This document shows, one piece after another, positions 46,224 to 56,364 of a DNA stretch of 64,000 nucleotides (positions are counted from its first letter, which is position 1; each line of letters starts with the position of its first letter). The notes beneath the pieces are model-generated. The model had not been told where the DNA came from. It did not search any database and saw only the letters and a list, made by a program, of their open reading frames with translations. Source of the stretch: a virus (Duplodnaviria; Heunggongvirae; Uroviricota; Caudoviricetes); the IMG/VR virus record IMGVR_UViG_3300028534_000019, positions 31,091-95,090 of that record. One strand, 5' to 3'. The position numbers and the translations under genes are program-made.

Positions 46224-46261
46224 AATTTTCCTTGTTAAAATATGTTATTTTATATTAATAT

Positions 46262-46283
46262 TCTTAGGAAAAATCCTAAGAAT
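46262..46283. other. perfect 9-bp hairpin TTCTTAGGA-aaaa-TCCTAAGAA between tube gene and gp15-like gene
   Basis: Read in sequence. Followed on the + strand by TAATTTTTT. Possible attenuator or transcript-stability element inside the minus-strand operon. Confidence 0.35.
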
Positions 46284-46289
46284 AATTTT

Positions 46290-46814
46290 TTACATTTTAA
46301 TCCAGTGAGTAAATGCAAAATCAACAGTAAACTCAGTTACCATATCATTACTTTCATCAGCCATATCAATAGAACTGATATTAGTCGGCCAAAGGTTTCT
46401 AAATTGATAAGTAAGTTTTACACTATTATCTCTTGTATCTAATTGTTGAATTTGTGCTGTTTCAGTCATATAAGAAGCATTAGTAGTAACTTTTCTTTTA
46501 TGATTTTCCATATCATCAATAAATACCAACCAATCATCAAATAATTTTCTTAATTCGTGGTCTTGTGTGTTGTAAAATGTTAAAGACCAAGTATTTTCAT
46601 AAGCCGCATCACCTGCAATTATAAGTTTTCTACCTTGTGTCCAAACCTCAATTTGCCCAATAGATTTAGCTGGTATCGGCCCGCCCTTACAAAGAGTATC
46701 TATCTTTTTATCATCTTTTGGTCCGACAGGAGCCGCCAACATAACTCTATATTTATTTGCTCTTGCACCTAAACCAAGAGTACTTTTTAATTCTTGTACT
46801 TTACTAGAAGCCAT
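46290..46814 (-). CDS. 19: T4 gp19-like tail tube protein (paralogue B)
   Basis: KYRVMLAAP...GDAAYENTWSLTFYNTQDHELRKLFDDW... and C-terminal RNLWPTNISSIDMADESNDMVTEFTVDFAFTHW closely follow T4 gp19 (GLWPTN...FEVTLALDYWE). AAGGAGG RBS. Confidence 0.85.
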   Translation of the reverse strand: MASSKVQELKSTLGLGARANKYRVMLAAPVGPKDDKKIDTLCKGGPIPAKSIGQIEVWTQGRKLIIAGDAAYENTWSLTFYNTQDHELRKLFDDWLVFIDDMENHKRKVTTNASYMTETAQIQQLDTRDNSVKLTYQFRNLWPTNISSIDMADESNDMVTEFTVDFAFTHWIKM

Positions 46815-46886
46815 AACTTCCTCCTTTTTTTAATCTTAATACAAAATTTGTACTAATTCTTATTTATTTATATATGGTATTTTTTA

Positions 46887-47399
46887 TCAATCCCAATGTG
46901 AATAATTAAATGTAACAGTAAACTCTAACAACCCTTCTGTATCATCACTATAAGTAGATTCAGATAATGCTTTAGGATATAAATCATATATTGTATATGT
47001 AGCCATTGGTGAGTTATCTTTTGTGCTTAATTGTTGTAAAACAGCATCAGTCATATAACTTGGTGCTGATGAAGCACTTCTATTATTTGTATTAAAATCA
47101 TCTATAAAATTCATCCAAGCTAAAAATGCTTTTCTTAATGTATGCTGTTCTGTATCAACAAATGTTAAATCCCAAGTTCCTGTAAAAAGTGTTTCACCAG
47201 CGATAGTTAATTTTTTACCTTGTACATATACTTCTACATCAGCAAATTCTTTACCAGGAATATTAGCACCTTTAACTAATGTATTAACTATATTATTACC
47301 CGGCCCGCCACCTTTTGAATTAAGAATTAGTTTATATCTATTTGACCTAGCACCTATACCAAGTGTATTTTTTAGATTTTGAATTGTACTATTTGCCAT
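46887..47399 (-). CDS. 19: T4 gp19-like tail tube protein (paralogue A)
   Basis: Paralogous to 46290-46814: RYKLILNSKGG...GETLFTGTWDLTFVDTEQHTLRKAFLAW...YDLYPKALSE...LEFTVTFNYSHW. Confidence 0.85.
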   Translation of the reverse strand: MANSTIQNLKNTLGIGARSNRYKLILNSKGGGPGNNIVNTLVKGANIPGKEFADVEVYVQGKKLTIAGETLFTGTWDLTFVDTEQHTLRKAFLAWMNFIDDFNTNNRSASSAPSYMTDAVLQQLSTKDNSPMATYTIYDLYPKALSESTYSDDTEGLLEFTVTFNYSHWD

Positions 47400-47410
47400 T
47401 ATATATCCTT

Positions 47411-47935
47411 TTAAAATGTTTCAATATATGATGCTTTGGCTGTTATACTAAATTCAGCTATTGAAGCACCAGCACTATTATCTAAAGTCGGCCCGCCTAC
47501 TGTAACTAAAATACAATCTTTGAATTTAATAATATCTTGAAAGGTATTAATATCAAAGTCAGTGGCAGTTTGAACTAATATATCAAACCTTTGGTTTTTA
47601 GGGTATTCTCTTGAAAATTTTTGTGAAGCACTTGACCACATTCTATATAGTGTAAAATTTTCTAAATCTTTCATAGTAACAGTAACTTGAAAATTTTCTA
47701 ATCTACCCACTGCAAATCTCCATTCCTCAGCTACCCATTCCTCAATAGGTGATGAATTAACCTCAGCTAACTGTATATTAGTTATAGCGGCCGTCAGTGT
47801 ATCAGGGTCAACTGTAATAGCACCAGCGGCTGTTCCACCTGTTGGTAATATCATAACCTTAAATTTAGAGGGGTCTTGCCATCTAATAGACTTAGCAAGT
47901 TGTATAGGTGCTGATAAAGCCATAAGCATCTCCAT
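47411..47935 (-). CDS. third tail-tube-family protein (gp19/gp48/gp54-like fold)
   Basis: KFKVMILPTGG...RFAVGRLENFQVTVTMKDLENFTLYRMW follows the gp19 F.V.I...G....VTV..D.....F..W pattern. Confidence 0.55.
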   Translation of the reverse strand: MEMLMALSAPIQLAKSIRWQDPSKFKVMILPTGGTAAGAITVDPDTLTAAITNIQLAEVNSSPIEEWVAEEWRFAVGRLENFQVTVTMKDLENFTLYRMWSSASQKFSREYPKNQRFDILVQTATDFDINTFQDIIKFKDCILVTVGGPTLDNSAGASIAEFSITAKASYIETF

Positions 47936-47937
47936 AT

Positions 47938-47955
47938 TTTATAAATATTTATAAA
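47938..47955. promoter_or_regulatory. 18-bp perfect palindrome TTTATAAATATTTATAAA giving a TATAAATA box on both strands between divergent operons
   Basis: + strand TATAAATA at 47940-47947. Minus strand TATAAATA is the reverse complement of 47946-47953. The T4 late-promoter consensus is TATAAATA. Confidence 0.45.
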
Positions 47956-47964
47956 AGGAAAACA

Positions 47965-48654
47965 ATGGCTTTAGTATATAAAGAAGAATATAAAAATATA
48001 GCTAAAATAGGTGGTAAAGAAATTCATTTTAAACCGTGGAATACAAAAAATGAAAAAGAATTTTTAATTGCTGTTGAATCTGATGAAGATATTACAGATT
48101 CAATGCTATATGAATTATTAGTTAAACCTTGTATAAAAGAACAAGATATTGTACTTGATGAATACGAACAAAAATTACTTATGATTGAAATGAGGAAAAA
48201 ATCTATTGGTAGTACTTTCCCATTGAGTTACAAATGTTCTAATTGTAAAAATCTTAATGAGATTGAAGTAGAATTAGATGATATTATTAAATATAATGAA
48301 CCAAAATATGATGAGGTTACCGTAGAAGATATAACTATATCTTTTGGAGTTCCAAGAACTGAAAAATTAATCAAAAGACTTGATGAAGTTGATACAAAAG
48401 TAGAAAAAACTTTTTATAATTTTTTAATACATATAAACTATATTATTATTGATGGTGTTAAAGAAGATACATTTAGTTTTGAGGAGTTAAAAGATTATAT
48501 TGAAAGTTTACCAACATCTATTTTTGATGAATTTTATGAAAAATATAGTGCTATGAGTCCTAATTTAAGGTTTGAGTTAGACCAATATTGTATGTTTTGT
48601 AATGAGAAAAATCAGATTAATCTTGAAGGAATCCCAAATTTTTTATGGGCATAA
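47965..48654 (+). CDS. Zn-ribbon protein, paralogue 1 of a pair preceding the tape measure (tail assembly chaperone-like?)
   Basis: MALVYKEEYKNIAKIGGKEIHFKPW... with CSNCKN...CMFCNE. Confidence 0.45.
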   Translation: MALVYKEEYKNIAKIGGKEIHFKPWNTKNEKEFLIAVESDEDITDSMLYELLVKPCIKEQDIVLDEYEQKLLMIEMRKKSIGSTFPLSYKCSNCKNLNEIEVELDDIIKYNEPKYDEVTVEDITISFGVPRTEKLIKRLDEVDTKVEKTFYNFLIHINYIIIDGVKEDTFSFEELKDYIESLPTSIFDEFYEKYSAMSPNLRFELDQYCMFCNEKNQINLEGIPNFLWA

Positions 48655-48889
48655 TGGTAGAGTCATCTTTACTAAGTATATACCAATTTTACTCTAATAT
48701 GAAATTTTTTGGAAATTATTCTATTCCTGAGGTTGATGAAATGTTGCCTTTTGAAAGAGATATTTTTTACTCTTTATTAGTTAAACTTAAAGAAGAACAA
48801 AATAAAGTTGGTATGTAAAAATTAAGTATTTTTTAGATATAATATATTTAATTTAAAGAATAAAGAACCATTATGTCATTAAAGACTCA

Positions 48890-49618
48890 ATGATAAATAT
48901 AAACAAAAGGAAAATTATGGCTTTACAATATAAGCAATCGTATAATAATATCTCTAAAATAGGAGATAAAGAAATTCATTTTAGACCTTGGAGTGCTAAA
49001 GATGAAAGACTTTATTTGAAGTTAATTGAAAAAACTGAAAATATAACAGAAGAAGATTTTTATAACACTTTAATAAAACCTTGTATAGAAGAAAAAGATT
49101 TAGTTTTAAGTCAAGCAGAACAAAAGAAACTATTACTAGATATTAGAATTAAATCAATTTCTGAATTTATTGAAGATGATATTGTATGTGAAGAATGTGA
49201 AGAAATCACTAAAATCAAAGTTAAAATAGAAGACTGTTTAACTTATATACCAAATACATTTAAACCAATTAAAATAGATGATATAGAGATTGAATTTGAT
49301 AAACCAAAAACAATGAAAGATTATTTTAATGTAACTGAGGGTGAAAGTGTCGTAGATTATATCTATGATATGTTTTTGCTACATATAAGTAAAATAAAAA
49401 TGGTTAGTGAAGATGGTGAAAAAGTTTATGATGATATTTCTATTCAAGATAAAGAAGATTTTATAAATTCATTACCTAGTAAGATGTTTGATGAATTTTT
49501 TGAAAAATTTCAAGAAATGCTAGATGAAACAAAAATAACCTATAAGTTTACTTGTCCTAAATGTAAACACAAACAAGAAACAGACTACAATTTTATACCT
49601 AACCTTCTTTGGGTATAA
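48890..49618 (+). CDS. Zn-ribbon protein, paralogue 2 of the pair
   Basis: MALQYKQSYNNISKIGDKEIHFRPW... with CEECEE...CPKCKH. Clearly paralogous to 47965-48654. Confidence 0.45.
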   Translation: MININKRKIMALQYKQSYNNISKIGDKEIHFRPWSAKDERLYLKLIEKTENITEEDFYNTLIKPCIEEKDLVLSQAEQKKLLLDIRIKSISEFIEDDIVCEECEEITKIKVKIEDCLTYIPNTFKPIKIDDIEIEFDKPKTMKDYFNVTEGESVVDYIYDMFLLHISKIKMVSEDGEKVYDDISIQDKEDFINSLPSKMFDEFFEKFQEMLDETKITYKFTCPKCKHKQETDYNFIPNLLWV

Positions 49619-49692
49619 AATAAACTATAAAATCTCTTACTATATTAAGTTATCTATAAATACTTTTAAGATAAAAATAGTCAGGAGATTTT

Positions 49693-52600
49693 ATGAGTGC
49701 TAACAAAAGAACTAATAAAAGAAAAACTTTTAAAAAACCTACATTAATAACTTTACCAAAAATAAAAGGTAGTGATTATAGAAATAAAGATAATTATGAA
49801 GAACCTAATGGTTTTAAAGAAAAAAAATCTAAACCATCATCTTTATTTGCTAAAATGGCTCAAGATTTAGCTAAGGTTAAAAAAGAGAATGAAGAATTAA
49901 ATAATAAACTTGAAAAAATTTATGAAGTTCAAAAAAACTCTAATGCTCAGATAATCAAAAACCAACAACAAAGTATAGATATACAGCACGACCAAATGGA
50001 ACAACAAAGAGAGGCTGAATATAAAAAAGAACATTCTTATGCTAAAAAAGTAAAAGAAAAAATAGTTTATATTAAAGAAAAAACTAAAGATTCTTTATCA
50101 AATGCTGGTGGAAAAATCAAGAATGGTTTTAATAAAGTAAAACAGAAAACATCAGGTTTTTTTGATTTTATAAAGAAAGCAGCGGGAATAGCATTATTTT
50201 TAAAACTTTTTTGGCCGGTGATTAAAAAGAAAGTGATACCTTATGTTAAAGATACACTAATACCTCAAATTAAAGATTTTTTAAATAATAAAGTAATACC
50301 ATTTTTTAAAGATACTGTAATACCCGGCTTAGAGAAATTTTTCAAAGATACACTTTGGCCGATGATAAAAAACAATTTTGGTGATATTTTAAAAGGGTTA
50401 GGTATAACAGCATTTTTGTTAAATCCTGTTAAATTTATAACAACAGCAATAAAATTGGCTTTTAAAACTACTTTTTTTGGAATTAAACAAATAGTAAAAT
50501 TATTACCTAAACTAGCAGGTTTTTTAAAATCACCAGCAAAATATTTAGCAACAAAAGGGTTAGATTTAGCTAAACAAGGTGCTACTAAGGTTTCTGATTT
50601 AGCTAAACAAGGTGCTACTAAGGTTTCTGATTTAGCTAAACAAGGTGCTACTAAGGTTTCTGATTTAGCTAGAGATGGAGTTGATGCTGTTTCTGATTTT
50701 ACAAAAAATGATAGTATAAGTGATATGGCTGAAAATGGTTATGATAAATTAAAAGACTCTAAAGGAAGTGGTGGTTTATTAGAAAAAATTAATAAAAAAA
50801 TTGATTCTATGAAAGAAAAAATAACAAAAATTTCAGGGTCTTTGATAGATAAAGGAATTGGTTTAGCTAAAAAATTACCATCAAGTTTTGGTGCCGCACT
50901 GAAAATGTTAAAACCACTAGCAAAACTTATTCCATTTTTAGGAACAGCATTAATGGTGTGGGATGTTATAGATTTATTTTTCCCTAATTTAACAAGTAAA
51001 CTCACAGAATTTTTTAGTTGGAAGAATATTAAAGAAATGGCTTCAAGTATATGGGAAAAAGTTAAAGAAGTATTTGGTAGTGTTTCTAAATGGATAAGTG
51101 ATAAATTTAGTGGTATAATTTCAAGTGTAAGAAAAATGGTAGGTAAATTATTTTTAATGAGTCCTATGACTGCATTGTTACCTGATTCTATTAAGAAAAA
51201 AGTATATAATTTTATTGTAGGAGATGATAAAGAAGCTAAAAAAGAAGAAAAATCTTCAGCTATGTTTAAAAAAGGTTATGCTAATGATGATTGGGGTGAT
51301 AATAGTATAAATGAACAAAAGATTAAAAAAGATTTAAAAACAGGTAAAATTAATATTAAAGATTTAGAAGCATTGTTACAATATGGGAATTTAGATGAAG
51401 ATGAACAAGATAAATTAAAGAAAATAATTTCTTCTAATACTAAAACTAAAAAAACTAAAAAAACTTTAGGTAATGTTTCATCTATTAGTAATACTACTGA
51501 TGTTAAAAAACCTCTAACAAAAGAACAAAAACAAGATAATTATATTAAATCTATGGATGCCCAAATTGGAGCATTTACAAAAACAAGAGATAAAATTAAA
51601 ACAGCACTTGATAATAAAGATTTAAGTCCTAAGAAAAGAAAAGGTTTAGAGAAAGCATTATCTTATTATGATACACTTATCAAGAAGAAACAAGAAAAGA
51701 AACAAAGTTTAGTAAAACATAAAAAACATAAAAAACCTACAAGAACATCAGAATCATCATATATGATGGCTGATGGGAAAGGTGGGAAAGTTCCAATAAC
51801 TAAAGAGCAACACGACAGAATGGATGCCATTCAAAATAAAATTTCTGTTGCTTTTGATGGTGGAAACAGTGAAGAAATAGATAAATTACTTAAAGAACAA
51901 GAAGATTTAAGAGCAACAATAATTAAAGAAGGATTTAAACCTTCACAAAGTATAAGTATTTCTAATACTTCTAGTAGTTCTAGTACAACAAATAATTCTT
52001 TTGGTAATGTTAGTAATGTTAGTAATGTAGGTAATACTTTTTTATCAGCAAAACCTAATACTGCTCAAAGTGTAGCAAATCCAAGTGAGTCTGAAACACC
52101 AAAAACAGATGGTTTTTTTACTTCTCAAATGAAACCTAGTTTTGATACAAAACCAAAAGATGTAAGTACAAGTGGTTTTAATCAATCACAAAGTAATGAT
52201 TTAGATGATAAAGAAAGAAAACAATTAAAAATGGAAAAAATACCTGCTAAAAAAATATTCAAATTAACAGGTAGTGCTTCAAGTGGTGGTTTTGAAAAAA
52301 TGAATAAATCATTACAACATAATGTTAAATTATTTGGTATGGAATATGCTGAAAAAACAGGAGAAAAACTAACTATTAATTCAGCATATAGAAGTGTTAA
52401 ATTACAAAAAAAATTATTTGAAAATAAGAAAAAAGAAGTAAGAAAAAAACACCCTGAATGGTCAGATAGTCAAGTTCTTAGGGAAACAAGAAGATGGGTA
52501 GCACCTCCAGGGAGAAGCGCACACAATTCAGGTTTAGCAATTGATATAGGTTATCAAAATAGAAAATCTCCATCAATGGATAAAGCAGATAGATTAGGTT

Positions 52601-53952
52601 TATTATCAAAATATGGTTTAACAAGGATGTTACCAAACGAGCCTTGGCATATTACACCATCAAGTTTAACAAAAACTGATTTAAAATCAGTTGCTAATGA
52701 AATAGAACAAGATGTAAAAGATGGTAATTTTACAGAAGATAATATTACAAAAGGAGTATATTTAGCTAAAGCAACAGGTTCTACAATATCAGATATGGAT
52801 GAGCCTGAATTACCAAGTACTTTAGCAAATTCTTTAACACAACCTAAAGAACAAAGTATAACTATACCTAATACAAGTAATGTAGCTAATACAAGTAATG
52901 TAGCTAATACAAGTAATGTAGCTAATACAAGTAATGTAGCTAATACAAGTAATGTAGCTAATACAAGTAATGTTAAAAATAAAAAAAATAAGTTTAAAGA
53001 ACTTGTTAAAAAAATTGATGGGTCAATAGTTTATGCTCAAAGAGGATTAAAAGATTTTGGTATAACTTCTCTTAATCCATCAGATATGGGAGAAGCAAAA
53101 AATAGTGGTGGTTTTGTTGGTAATGAGTCATTATATGATAAACAGGATTCTTTATATACTGATATGTTAAAAAGTCAAAAGGCTCAAAATAATATTGTAA
53201 AAGATTCTTATAATGCTTATAGTACAGTGGATGGTGCTATTAAAACTGAAAATGTACCTGATGGGTATGAAATATATACAACAGATGGTGGTGTATCTAC
53301 ATTAATTAAGAAACCTTTAGAAGATAGCAAGAATAATAAACCTATGGCTAAAGAAGTTGTAAAACAAGAACAACAAATACAACATAAACCTATGGCTAAA
53401 GAAGTTGTAAAACAAGAACAAAATCAAAGTGTATATAAAAAAGGGTTGAGTAAATTTGGTAAAATACTATCTAATCCATTTGAAAGTTTAGGTAATGGAA
53501 TAGAAAAAGTTGTTAGTAAAACACAAGATTTTGGTAACAAAGTTAAAGATGTATTAACTGATAATCCTATTGTTAATAAAGAGAAAGAAATAATAGATAA
53601 TGTTAGTGGTAGTATAAGTGGAATTTTTGGTGGAGTTGAGAATCATTTTGATGATATGAGTTCAAAAATTAAAGGTAAAGATAATATTAATTTATTAAAT
53701 GATAATAAATCATATTCTAAAGCACCTTTACAAAAAGCAAAAGTTAAAAAAACTTCAGCACCAAAAATAGATATTGATAATGTAGCCAAAAAACTATTAG
53801 CATCAAATAAAACAGAAACTAAACAAGTAAAAGATGAAAATAAAGCACCTATAATAATTAATCAGTCATCAGGTGGTGTTAGAAATGATGATGTTTCATT
53901 ACACGAAATAAAACCAAAACAAGATATGTTTGGTATTATGGAGATGTTATAA
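49693..53952 (+). CDS. tape-measure-like tail protein with internal VanY/M15 peptidoglycan peptidase domain
   Basis: 1419 aa. N-terminal coiled coil, hydrophobic periodic segment (LFWPVIKKKVIPYVKDTLIPQIKDFL...), and an M15 domain LTINSAYRSVKLQKKLF...VAPPGRSAHNSGLAIDI...EPWHI at about 52270-52665. TATAAATA at 49655-49662. Confidence 0.75.
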   Translation: MSANKRTNKRKTFKKPTLITLPKIKGSDYRNKDNYEEPNGFKEKKSKPSSLFAKMAQDLAKVKKENEELNNKLEKIYEVQKNSNAQIIKNQQQSIDIQHDQMEQQREAEYKKEHSYAKKVKEKIVYIKEKTKDSLSNAGGKIKNGFNKVKQKTSGFFDFIKKAAGIALFLKLFWPVIKKKVIPYVKDTLIPQIKDFLNNKVIPFFKDTVIPGLEKFFKDTLWPMIKNNFGDILKGLGITAFLLNPVKFITTAIKLAFKTTFFGIKQIVKLLPKLAGFLKSPAKYLATKGLDLAKQGATKVSDLAKQGATKVSDLAKQGATKVSDLARDGVDAVSDFTKNDSISDMAENGYDKLKDSKGSGGLLEKINKKIDSMKEKITKISGSLIDKGIGLAKKLPSSFGAALKMLKPLAKLIPFLGTALMVWDVIDLFFPNLTSKLTEFFSWKNIKEMASSIWEKVKEVFGSVSKWISDKFSGIISSVRKMVGKLFLMSPMTALLPDSIKKKVYNFIVGDDKEAKKEEKSSAMFKKGYANDDWGDNSINEQKIKKDLKTGKINIKDLEALLQYGNLDEDEQDKLKKIISSNTKTKKTKKTLGNVSSISNTTDVKKPLTKEQKQDNYIKSMDAQIGAFTKTRDKIKTALDNKDLSPKKRKGLEKALSYYDTLIKKKQEKKQSLVKHKKHKKPTRTSESSYMMADGKGGKVPITKEQHDRMDAIQNKISVAFDGGNSEEIDKLLKEQEDLRATIIKEGFKPSQSISISNTSSSSSTTNNSFGNVSNVSNVGNTFLSAKPNTAQSVANPSESETPKTDGFFTSQMKPSFDTKPKDVSTSGFNQSQSNDLDDKERKQLKMEKIPAKKIFKLTGSASSGGFEKMNKSLQHNVKLFGMEYAEKTGEKLTINSAYRSVKLQKKLFENKKKEVRKKHPEWSDSQVLRETRRWVAPPGRSAHNSGLAIDIGYQNRKSPSMDKADRLGLLSKYGLTRMLPNEPWHITPSSLTKTDLKSVANEIEQDVKDGNFTEDNITKGVYLAKATGSTISDMDEPELPSTLANSLTQPKEQSITIPNTSNVANTSNVANTSNVANTSNVANTSNVANTSNVKNKKNKFKELVKKIDGSIVYAQRGLKDFGITSLNPSDMGEAKNSGGFVGNESLYDKQDSLYTDMLKSQKAQNNIVKDSYNAYSTVDGAIKTENVPDGYEIYTTDGGVSTLIKKPLEDSKNNKPMAKEVVKQEQQIQHKPMAKEVVKQEQNQSVYKKGLSKFGKILSNPFESLGNGIEKVVSKTQDFGNKVKDVLTDNPIVNKEKEIIDNVSGSISGIFGGVENHFDDMSSKIKGKDNINLLNDNKSYSKAPLQKAKVKKTSAPKIDIDNVAKKLLASNKTETKQVKDENKAPIIINQSSGGVRNDDVSLHEIKPKQDMFGIMEML
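50563..50661 (+). repeat. 3 perfect tandem copies of a 33-nt unit (LAKQGATKVSD x3) inside the tape measure gene
   Basis: gatttagctaaacaaggtgctactaaggtttct x3, read in sequence. Confidence 0.9.
52870..52977 (+). repeat. about 6 tandem copies of an 18-nt unit (NTSNVA) inside the tape measure gene
   Basis: aatacaagtaatgtagct x5, plus a degenerate copy. A related 9-nt NVS repeat lies at 52006-52035. Confidence 0.9.
53338..53421 (+). repeat. two copies of a 36-nt unit (KPMAKEVVKQEQ) spaced 48 nt apart inside the tape measure gene
   Basis: aaacctatggctaaagaagttgtaaaacaagaacaa x2. Confidence 0.85.
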
Positions 53953-53975
53953 ATAATTTAAAAAGGTATTAATTT

Positions 53976-54686
53976 ATGATTTATCCATTAAATTTATTTA
54001 CACCAGACCCTATAACAAATAGCCTTAGACCATTTATGATGTTCTCAGCAAAAGAAGTCAATTTTAATGCTATGAGGGCTAAATCGTGGTCTGATGCTAA
54101 GGAAACATTATCAACAAAAATGATATTTGCTTTACCTATACCAAATACAGGTATTATGGATTCATTCCAAAATGAATATGGCAGTGAACCATCAGTTGGT
54201 GGTTTACTTGCTCAGAAAGCCCAAGATACTTTTAATGCACTTCCGGGTGCCGCTGGAATTTCATCAGCATCAGCAAGATTAGGCTTTGTTGCCGACCCTA
54301 AATATACTCAACTATACAAAGGTTCTTCACCTAGAAGTTGGAGTGGTACTTGGCAAATTGTTCCTGAATCATTAGGAGAATCACTTGTTGCTCATATGAT
54401 GTTAAGAGCAATTAAATATTGTGCCGCACCTGATAAAAAATCTGATGCTAGTAATAAAATAGGTGTATTAATACAGCCTTATGTTTTTTCAATAACAATT
54501 TCTAATCCTTTAATAGATAGAGCAGTAAAATTTGATAAAATGGTGATGAAATCTTATGATATTACTTATTATGCTCAAGGTTATGCTAGTTCTTATAAAG
54601 ATATGTTTCCAAAACAAATATCTTTATCATTAAAATTTGAAGAATTTGGAATTAAAACTAGAAAAGATTGGGGAAAACCTTTCTAA
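53976..54686 (+). CDS. putative distal tail / baseplate protein
   Basis: 236-aa ORF immediately after the tape measure. Assigned by position only. Confidence 0.4.
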   Translation: MIYPLNLFTPDPITNSLRPFMMFSAKEVNFNAMRAKSWSDAKETLSTKMIFALPIPNTGIMDSFQNEYGSEPSVGGLLAQKAQDTFNALPGAAGISSASARLGFVADPKYTQLYKGSSPRSWSGTWQIVPESLGESLVAHMMLRAIKYCAAPDKKSDASNKIGVLIQPYVFSITISNPLIDRAVKFDKMVMKSYDITYYAQGYASSYKDMFPKQISLSLKFEEFGIKTRKDWGKPF

Positions 54687-54706
54687 TAAGAGAGTAAGGA
54701 AAAATA

Positions 54707-55216
54707 ATGAAAAATAAATATTTAGAATTTGATAATATGGATTTTATTGATAACAAACAAGTTAAGAATTTCACAAGGTTATCTTATTTACCTGATTTAC
54801 CTAAAGATTTTTGGGATAATTTTACATTTGATACATATTTAGTTGATGATGATGAATATATAGAAGGTATATCTTGGAGATTATATGAAACTACTGATTA
54901 TTGGGATGTATTAATGTTTCTAAATGGTATAACAAATTTTTATGATTTACCTAAAAATTTCAATGTTGTTGTAGAAAGAACTATGTCAAAAGTTGATAAA
55001 TGGAATCAGTTCTCAAATAAAAAGTTATCAGAAGAAGAAAAAGAGAAAAAATATAAAGAGTTATTAGATAAAGAAAATGAAAAAAATGAAAGATTTAGAC
55101 ATATTAAATATCTTACACCAAGTGGGTTATCTGATTTAGAACATTATTTAGATACATTTAAAGGTAAACCAAAAATATTACCTAACTTAATAATAAATCC
55201 ACCACAAGAAAACTAA
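54707..55216 (+). CDS. hypothetical protein
   Basis: 169-aa ORF. Confidence 0.45.
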   Translation: MKNKYLEFDNMDFIDNKQVKNFTRLSYLPDLPKDFWDNFTFDTYLVDDDEYIEGISWRLYETTDYWDVLMFLNGITNFYDLPKNFNVVVERTMSKVDKWNQFSNKKLSEEEKEKKYKELLDKENEKNERFRHIKYLTPSGLSDLEHYLDTFKGKPKILPNLIINPPQEN

Positions 55217-55243
55217 ATATCTAAATATACTAAAGGAGTATAA

Positions 55244-56353
55244 ATGGGTTATAATATAGGGGTACAATCAAACCATTTTAAAGAATTTTCTTTAACAATA
55301 GATGGTATTAAGATAGTAGAAGAACAAATAATATCACTTATGATAAATTGGGATATTAATCACTTTAAAATAACAGGTTCTCTTAGTTGGAAAGATGGAA
55401 GTTGTATGGTAGAAGAAACACCGATTAGAGGTGGTAATACAGTAGTAATTAATATGACTGATTTTGATGGGGCTTCATATTCAGGGAACTTTAAAGTCTT
55501 AAATACAAATTATGAAAGAAGCACAGATTTTTATATAAGTACAATATCTTTTATTGATACAGAAAGTTTTAACATTTTAAAACTTTATCCAACAAAGTCT
55601 TGGCTTCAAGCAACTATGGTACAAATAATTGATGATGCCAAGACAGCAAAACCTTTCTTAACTTCAAAAGGTAAAGAATTTAATGACCCTGGTTTAATGC
55701 ACGAGAATTTTGTTGTGCCTCAAAATAAAAACTTTTATTGGACAATAGAGTGGTTAAAACAAAGAAATAATAGGTTAATGTTTCAAAATAGAGAGAAATA
55801 TATTATTGATGATTTTAATACATTAATAAACAAAGGTGTTAAAGGTAAGCCATATTATTTTAAAGCAAATAATGCTTCATATAAAAGAAATGTTTATGAA
55901 TATAGTGTAAAAAATTCAGATTTTATTAAGAATATAGCAACTATGCCAAATGTAGAATTTCCTTATTTTAATGTTGATTACAAACATAAACAACAAACAA
56001 AAGGCTCATATGCAGATGCTTCAGGTGCTATTGGTGGGCAAGGTACATTAAATGATTTTAGTTCAAATGGGGATAAATTTAGTTTTATATCAAATACAAA
56101 TTTTGAAGAAACTAAAGATTTTTATTTTCAGAAAAATGCTTTATCTAACTTAGTTGTAGAAATATTAGTTCCTGGGCAATGTAAAACAAATTTAGGTGAT
56201 GTAGTATGTTTAGAATTTGATAATTTATTTGAGGGAAAAGGTCCGGAAAAGAATATTAAAGGTAAATTTCTAATTGTAGGATTAACAGATATTTTTCAAA
56301 ATCCTGAATATTTACAAAAATTAACATTAGCAAGACCAAAATGGTTTAAATAA
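55244..56353 (+). CDS. putative baseplate hub protein
   Basis: 369-aa ORF immediately upstream of the spike gene. Assigned by position only. Confidence 0.4.
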   Translation: MGYNIGVQSNHFKEFSLTIDGIKIVEEQIISLMINWDINHFKITGSLSWKDGSCMVEETPIRGGNTVVINMTDFDGASYSGNFKVLNTNYERSTDFYISTISFIDTESFNILKLYPTKSWLQATMVQIIDDAKTAKPFLTSKGKEFNDPGLMHENFVVPQNKNFYWTIEWLKQRNNRLMFQNREKYIIDDFNTLINKGVKGKPYYFKANNASYKRNVYEYSVKNSDFIKNIATMPNVEFPYFNVDYKHKQQTKGSYADASGAIGGQGTLNDFSSNGDKFSFISNTNFEETKDFYFQKNALSNLVVEILVPGQCKTNLGDVVCLEFDNLFEGKGPEKNIKGKFLIVGLTDIFQNPEYLQKLTLARPKWFK

Positions 56354-56364
56354 AGGGATATTAA

